A DNA stretch of 64,000 bases from Piedraia hortae CBS 480.64. Lineage: Eukaryota. The position numbers were made by a program, and so were the translations under genes. Below are positions 57,257 to 64,000 of the stretch, piece by piece. How positions within the stretch are numbered: the first letter of the stretch is position 1; the number at the start of each line of letters is the position of its first letter. Location: NCBI GenBank assembly GCA_010093745.1, contig MU005990.1, positions 62,001 through 126,000 on the forward strand, written 5' to 3'. The notes below the pieces were generated by a model. The model ran no database searches, was not told the origin of the DNA, and saw only the letters and a list, made by a program, of their open reading frames with translations.

Positions 57257-59455
57257 ATGGATAAGAACAATAAACGATCGGCTCCTCCGTTAGAGCGAGC
57301 AACGAAGAAGCCCAAAAATCAAGATGCCCGTCAAATATCCACACAGACAACTACAGCCGCATTCAAGGGAGAGCTCGATGTCGACTCATTTGTGCGAGCA
57401 CGAGACTTTGAAATCAGTGCTCTTGAGGAAGGTATGAAACGGAGCAAGAAGGCTCTGAACCAGAGAGCGTTCCAACAGGTTCCCAAAGAGCTTAGAAGGC
57501 GAACTGCCAGTCACAATGTCAAGAAAATCCCGAAACGATTGAGGCCGAGGGCACAGCAGGAATTGGAAATGGCGAAAAAGGATGATAAATCTGTCAGTGC
57601 CCGAGAAGAGAAAAGAGGGAAGAAGGAGGAGAAGAAGAAGAGACAAGAGAAAAAGACGCGTCAAAAGATGCAACGCATCGAGACGGCACGGAAGCTGCGT
57701 TCGAAGGATGCAGAAGAAGTCGAAACACAGCCGCCGAAGACGAAACAGTTTCCCTCTGTTCCGCTAATAGGTAGGGCTGACTTTAGGAAACGCCAAAAAG
57801 ACAAATCTTGGCTGCCCACTCATATATATCACGCTAAACGCGCTCATATGTGTGTTGAGTACGGATATAGCTTACCTGAATCGCCCACGGCAAAATGTTA
57901 TAGGGTTACCCACCGTGCGTCTCGTGAGAGAGGCGCAGTGGCCTTTGATACCAGCTACATCACAACTTTCGGTCTGGATGGAGATGATAGCAGCCTCTGC
58001 AGTGTTTTGAAAGCGGTGGGCATTGACGTGAACCTTGAATCATCAAAGGGTAAAAAATGGAGAAAAGGGCTTCGAACTCTGGAAGGCTGGATTCACAAGC
58101 ACGATGACTCTGCCGCTCTCCTTGCGCCTGTAAATTTGATTTGGTGCGGTAGTAAAGTCCTCGGCCGAGTTCATCCTGCTGCAGACGCCAGTGTTATGGA
58201 CCAACTCGAACACATTGCAAGCAGCATGCAGCCTCCTGTCCTGGTCGAAAACCTGACAAGCAAAGTGGGCAGCATGGAAGTTTTTGGCCCATGTGCAACT
58301 GAAACTCTGCTCGGTGTATTACACCCATGCACACAAGATACCATGGTTGAAACGTTTAAGTCTCTTTCCGGGCTGACTAACACGGCCCTCCTACCGAACG
58401 GCGCTCTTTTACAATTCGATATTCACGACCCCCGGCTGTACTATCCACCACGCACATACACCCCACCTTCCAACTCCGATACCCTCCTCCAAACCGCCGA
58501 AGTATGGCCTCCAGACGCCATTTCCACGACTGTACACAGCAATCTCTCCGAGAGATTCTTCCAGCCATGCAGCCAGAAAAGTATCGATCGGCGCAAGGCC
58601 CTTGCCGGGCCAGGCGCCTATCCTGAACCAACACCCACCGACCCACAGATTCCCGTAATAATGTACACCACGCCGCAAAAGTCATGGACCCTCCTTCTCC
58701 CGCGAGGCTTTGTCCTCCCCGCGTGGCGCTGCGTGATGGATTATCCCCTCATCACGGGCACGAAGCCGCGTTTCGGTGGACTGGACGAATACCGCCAAAT
58801 CAATTTTGAAGGATCTCGCCCCATCTTCCCTTGTGACTTCCCCAGTACGCTGGCCGGCAAGGCATGGAACACGCGCGAACGCGCAAAGCATGAAAAAGTA
58901 CACAATGCGCGGCCTAAGGCCAAAAGAAAAAACTTGAACAAGGAAGTCGGTGACCCTTTTGGGTGTGATTGGGAGCGCATCGTCTCTTCCGAGAACTTGG
59001 TCACGGTAGAGTTCACCTTGCTATCAAAAGGCCGGCCCGAATATGCTGCGCGCGTGTACTCCCTCCCTCAATCCGCCAACGAGAGGGATGCCTGGGTCAG
59101 ACTCCTCCCCTCAAAGTCGAGCAAGGGACAGATGCCTCCCAGGGATGCTTCGCGAGATACGCTGGAGCGCATGCTGACCAGCGTGCCGAAGGCGGGGGAG
59201 CCGAAGTATCCGCCCTGTCCTGGTGAGGAATGCCTAATGGGCTTCGTCACATATGGGAATTATGATCTCGCGCGGGGCCAGGGGAAGGGTATTGGCGCCC
59301 TGGTACCGGGGAGGATTCCGGCTACTGCAGCAGTAGAAGCAGGAGACTCAATACAGGTGGGAAGCAGAGGCGAAACAGGGAATAGGTTGTGTATCATTAG
59401 AAATTCGGGAGAGGATGTGGGAAGGTTGGCGCGGTGGAAGGTTATGGAGAGGTAG
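57257..59455 (+). CDS. POP1: RNase P/MRP subunit Pop1
   Basis: FVRARDFEI.AL, RAFQQVPKELRRRTASHNVK, FRKRQKDKSWLPTHIYHAKRAHM, POPLD domain (WTLLLP....PAW, FPCDFP) and GFVT.G. Confidence 0.96.
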   Translation: MDKNNKRSAPPLERATKKPKNQDARQISTQTTTAAFKGELDVDSFVRARDFEISALEEGMKRSKKALNQRAFQQVPKELRRRTASHNVKKIPKRLRPRAQQELEMAKKDDKSVSAREEKRGKKEEKKKRQEKKTRQKMQRIETARKLRSKDAEEVETQPPKTKQFPSVPLIGRADFRKRQKDKSWLPTHIYHAKRAHMCVEYGYSLPESPTAKCYRVTHRASRERGAVAFDTSYITTFGLDGDDSSLCSVLKAVGIDVNLESSKGKKWRKGLRTLEGWIHKHDDSAALLAPVNLIWCGSKVLGRVHPAADASVMDQLEHIASSMQPPVLVENLTSKVGSMEVFGPCATETLLGVLHPCTQDTMVETFKSLSGLTNTALLPNGALLQFDIHDPRLYYPPRTYTPPSNSDTLLQTAEVWPPDAISTTVHSNLSERFFQPCSQKSIDRRKALAGPGAYPEPTPTDPQIPVIMYTTPQKSWTLLLPRGFVLPAWRCVMDYPLITGTKPRFGGLDEYRQINFEGSRPIFPCDFPSTLAGKAWNTRERAKHEKVHNARPKAKRKNLNKEVGDPFGCDWERIVSSENLVTVEFTLLSKGRPEYAARVYSLPQSANERDAWVRLLPSKSSKGQMPPRDASRDTLERMLTSVPKAGEPKYPPCPGEECLMGFVTYGNYDLARGQGKGIGALVPGRIPATAAVEAGDSIQVGSRGETGNRLCIIRNSGEDVGRLARWKVMER

Positions 59456-61895
59456 CTGTGTAGGAAAAGTTGTTTTGGAGGTTCAAGACTCCTATTCTTC
59501 TGCTATTTGTAGTATCGGTCTTGTTGTGTGAACCGTGAAGAGGATGCTATAGATACGATTACTGAAAGACGCTCTCCACGAGTGAACAACCTGTCAAGTC
59601 CGCTCTCTCTTTCCCCTGTGTATGCCGTATCATACTTACTGAAGATGAAGGTTATTGCTAGCGTGCCTTTTGAGTTTGGTCCCTCGCTTCAGCTAATTGA
59701 AGCGGTTATAGGTGGCGTTGTAAGATCGAGACTCAAGCGAGCACAAAGCTGGTGATTATCCTGGTTGTGGGCAACTGCAGAACCGTCCGCGCTCTAAGAC
59801 GGTCACACTAACATTCTTTCAAGTCAATCACACGTTTCGTCAATCAATGCAATCCGGCACTCGTGCGGACATGGCAAGCTGAAGAACAGCATGAGGCCTC
59901 CCTTGAAGGACCCCCAGATAATTCTGCCTACACTCTGCTATTCCCACTCCACTCGTTCGCCAACTACTTGCGAGGGTTCCTACTCGCATAGAACGTCCAC
60001 TATCTCAGCACCTGATATCCCAAACCATGTGGGAGCCAAAGCAGCCAATTCTTCGATCGCCCACGCCAAGCGCGGGATGTGTGCCTCGCAGACTCATGGC
60101 CCCGGCTCTCCTAACAGCTATTCCACGCGTGATGCTTCGGCTTCTGATACCGGCTCTTCTCCTGCTCGCATAGTGTCCTGGGCTTTGCCCAATCTGAATA
60201 ATTCGGGCGTTATTGGCCGTCGGAGAGGGTACTCGCAACGCTCGTGCAGTGAACTACCCGCCGATCTGGTTGTTGCCATGGAAGTCGAGTCTGCGAGCGC
60301 CGACGGCCATAGTCGTGACTAGTTTCCGGGCTCAGACTCTCGCTAAAGTCGAAGTACCAACAAGGAAATCTGCTGGTGACTATCATATCCTCCTTTCAAA
60401 TGATTCAGGCGCATAGTAGGTTATGTAATATGGGCTGTGAATCACTTTTTCTGCCTTCTCGCGAAGAAAATCCTCTTCCATCTCAGGAAAACTCCAATGT
60501 GATTCCATCTGCCCAGCCCAAGAGTGTCACACAAACATCAAACTCTGTTTTCGAAAAAGGTTGAAGAGGTGTGAAGTCAACCACGTTTGTGCTTGCGTAA
60601 CTGCGGATATATCAGCATAACTGTTACGTAATATGTTTTTGAATGGAACCTTCATCCAGAAGCAAAGGATCGGCTCGAGACTTTGGGGTAAACAAAAGAT
60701 CAGAGGTGGATCCTGAAGATGTCAGGAATCGCGTTGAAATCCTCGAGTAGCAGTCTCCATACCTATCGACCTCCACCCCACCTTGCCCCAGTCAACTCGC
60801 ATTAGTGACTGTCTTTAACCGAGATGCCTTCTTCTCCTGCATCTGCATGTCTCCAATGTTATGCTTTTGATGTCGGAGTATATCGGTATTCGTACAAGCG
60901 TATTAAGGTTCAATGTTGCTTGCGTAGACGTTCTCGATGTTCGGCGCTTGCTTGGCAAACCAGGTCACCTGGAACGCTAAAGGTTCTCAGCCTTCTCGTC
61001 GTCAGTTGCGACTCATAAATCTTGGGCAGCAGTAGCTTTTCTCTTTCCTTTCTCGCCTTGCAGGGCGATTGAGCCTACAGGAATCCCATGTTGTTTATCG
61101 GTAACTACCTCTGCACTGAACATTTAAGGAAAGCGTTTATAAGATTGAAATATGCCGGACATTTGTTCATGAAGCAGGATCTGGTTTATTAGCCACTGAA
61201 TGCTGCGCCACCCAGTTAAACTTATTCGATGCAAGGCATTGTGCAGTTAATAATGCCACCAGGAGCGCCTAGAAACAAAGTAAAATCGGCGGTTATTATC
61301 AGGACCCTAGTACATGAAGTGCAGCATTATTGATTGGCTGCCACTGCGACATAGGATTGGAGGGTCGCAGCTCGAAATCGGGCACCAATCCTTGTCGGCA
61401 CTCGTCTTTCTACAATAATTGGCTCTTTCTCATTGAAGATGAAGAGCGAATGATGCAGCCACAATCGCTGAACGGATTCTGATCGATGGGTTGATCAATT
61501 TCCATTTCCCCGTACCCAACAACGGCTTTGATAAGTTCTAAACGAAAGCCTCGTTTCTCTGTTAAGAAGACCTCAACTCATAAACATCGGTGGCAAACCC
61601 AACTCAGAAACAAAACTATGCACAGCAAGCAGGCAAAAAACTCTAAAGTCACATCACCCATAAACATGAATGGCAAATCTAAGTCAGAAACGAAACCTTG
61701 CGCAACGAGCAGGCAGCGAACCCAAAAGCTATACCACCAATGAACACTGGTGGCGAACCCAACCCTGGAAAGAACCTAGTGAGGCAGGCAGAGCAGCGGG
61801 CAACGAACCCAAGAACCGGGTCAGCGAATAGCTATATAACTCGCCATCCCCTCCATACCAAGAACACCAAACCACCCAAGGCTGCTCAAACAAAA

Positions 61896-62369
61896 ATGCC
61901 TCGTTCTTACTCTACTTCATCCTCAACCGCCTACCCAGGCTCATCCACCACCTCGTCGGACTCTTACATGGGCTCGGACTCATCCTTTTCCGACTCCTCG
62001 GCCGGCTCGCTGACATACGGATCAACGACTTCTTCTGCACCCACAACCCCAAACCCAGTGGAGGCCCGAGCGGCCGACTCTGTGATGCCGCAAGTCCCTC
62101 GTACAGCGTACGGCTCATTGTCGTTCTCGACATCTTCCTCATCCCTTTCGGCTGGATACGAATCGTCATCCCACTAGTCGTCAACAGCGCGTTGCTCGGT
62201 CGGCTACGAATCAATCTCTCACTCATCGCCATCAACGCTTCCCTCGGCCGCGCCCAAGTCGTCGTCCCAATGGTACTCTTTCCAGGACAAGGGAGTGGCG
62301 TTTCTAACGGTGGACGCTAGGAGAGAGGATGGTTCCCCCGGGAGTGGAATGGAGACTGGATATGAGTGA
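61896..62369 (+). pseudogene. Ser/Thr-rich small protein gene with an internal TAG at 62175-62177 (nonsense allele, readthrough or base error)
   Basis: TATATAA at ~61833 and CAAAAATG start context. The frame stays open and repeat-like for 63 codons after the TAG. Confidence 0.5.
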
Positions 62370-62649
62370 TGATTTGATGTTAAGTTGTTGAATAGTGCTG
62401 AGATTTAAATGATTGGGTTGTCGTTTGGGCTATGATTCAAGGTAGTTATGTCAGTTGAATTCGTTTTGCGGATGAAAGATTCCATGTTTTCGTTGTGGGG
62501 ATGGGCTGTAGATGTGCATGCTACGTGCGGTTTCTCATGAAGATCTCAGGAACTGGCCACTTCGACGATTGTCTTTGGACGATTCCATGCGGTCATAGTG
62601 TACATCTATTTTTCACATCACTGAGGTGACCACTAGATCGCCCCAGCCT

Positions 62650-63740
62650 AAATTTCATGGAAATCTGAAACAAGAGATGACCGGAATGACGAAATCATGT
62701 GAGGACAACATCTGCGCAGCAGCTGGGCTATGAACAAATACCAAGGATAGTGTTGAGACAACAAACAAGGACTCTGACTCGATGCACCCTCGTATGCATG
62801 AGTCAATGTCCGATATGCTGGCGAGCAAGCTCAGCGATCATACTGCAGATCTGAGGCAGGCAGTGATATCACCGATGAAGAACCCTCTGCAGGCGGAACC
62901 ATCGAGTCCACACGGCGCTCGCATCTTCAACAAGCTCAAAAGCGACAAAAACCCGAGAAAAATTCCGCCAATCGCTTCACACAATTAGTGTCTGGGCCAT
63001 CGACAAGCGGATTTGGCTGTAGTACTCCTGTTACGATGTCCTAGGCCAGCATACATTCGAACGTCAAGGGATGCTTTGCCTGCACAGGCGATTTGCCTGC
63101 TTGTGACCGAACCCAAGATACGGAATTCTGTGCCATCGAGGAAACTCAATCCTCCACCGAACCACCGTACGGAAAGATTTAGCATGCCATGCTCTCCGTC
63201 TCTAAAGGAAATCGACTCTTTCTCCACCTTTCCACCAGGTGACTGATGTGTCACAAGCGCCCCTTCTGGAACTACACAGTAGAACAGGCCAATTTAATCG
63301 CAATTGACTAAGTTCTCCTGGTCTACGGCATTTTCTAGGAGTTGACTGGCGGGCCACTCGGCAAATCGTGACCGAGGTGTCGCGTGTTGCAACAGGTACG
63401 TTGTCGATATTGAGTGTGGGGATTGGGTGTTAACCCGCAATCGACTTTATAATCCCATTGCCCATAGCAGCTCGTCCTTTGCCATCAATGCAACAATGTA
63501 TTCCGACTCACACGTGGAATCGGTCTCGGCTCCCGCCACTTGAGCGAATCCTCATGCGGTCCACCTAGCCTTGTATTTGTCTATCGAGCCATCAGCATTC
63601 ATTGAAGGGTGCGTTCGGCCAATCTCCTTTTCTCTTGAAATTGATTTATCTTGCGGGATCCAGTCAATCATCGCTTGCCTTTTCCCTTACGAACACTCGG
63701 AGGCACCGTTTTACTTCTCTGTTGGCATTCTCTGTTAGCT
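62650..63740 (+). pseudogene. Decayed F-box-like gene remnant
   Basis: The fragment LGYEQIPRIVLRQQTRTLTRCTLVC (~62723-62797) resembles an F-box motif. The downstream sequence is broken by stops and frameshifts. Confidence 0.3.
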
Positions 63741-64000
63741 TATCGGTCTGCGGGTGATAGTGGTGGCGGCGGGGTAATCAGCTGAAGTTTGGGGAGGGTC
63801 GTGTCTGGGAATTTCGTCAGCTGGCAACTTTGGCATGTGCGCAGCGCTCCATGGGCGGCTGAGGCTGCCCCTGGATGCCAGAATCTCTCCCCCAGACTCC
63901 TCATGGTCATGCCGACGGATTTGTGCCCTAGTTGCCGATGCACCGTCTAGGCAGTTGAAGGTGTTTTCTTCACGCGGCATAGGTGGCACAAGTGCCGCCA

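Noticed and set aside
57078..57293. 71-aa ORF upstream of POP1
   Set aside because: It lies mostly within the TIR element and has no recognisable motif.
59891..60322. 143-aa ORF
   Set aside because: No motif or clear coding bias, so I cannot support it as a gene.
1..64000. tRNA, rRNA, snoRNA or CRISPR arrays
   Set aside because: No cloverleaf, rRNA, convincing C/D pair or repeat-spacer pattern was seen by eye. A covariance-model scan would be needed to exclude small RNAs.

Overview
Gene-dense window from a filamentous ascomycete with a compact genome. It has ~45-55 nt GT-AG introns with CTAAC/CTAAT/CTGAC branch sites, and intergenic gaps often under 200 bp. About 31 intact protein genes are supported: ATP7, EGD2, RPL14/RPL24, an MtfA-like C2H2 factor, a Ctr copper transporter, a glutamine-synthetase-like ligase divergent from a short-chain dehydrogenase (SDR), APT1, a LigB-type dioxygenase, complex I NDUFA2 (missed by the ORF track), MPC2, nimA, an ankyrin-BTB protein, a CE3 esterase, UBC13, MTC5/SEA3, a NIPA transporter, a second C2H2 factor, a Gin4/Hsl1 kinase, an HhH-GPD glycosylase, the mcl1/mcsA methylcitrate pair, hapB, GNA1, SMC5, POP1 and a few hypotheticals. 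The stretch 20.9-28.4 kb is a decay zone with kinase, APH and DUF6540-like pseudogenes, a solo LTR and an F-box-like remnant. A second copy of the solo LTR is nested in a TIR element inside the SMC5/POP1 divergent promoter. The best candidate for an undescribed system is the head-to-head GS-like + SDR pair, which resembles the actinobacterial GlnA4/Rv2857c gamma-glutamylation (ethanolamine/amine catabolism) module. All homology calls come from recognising motifs by eye, not from database searches.
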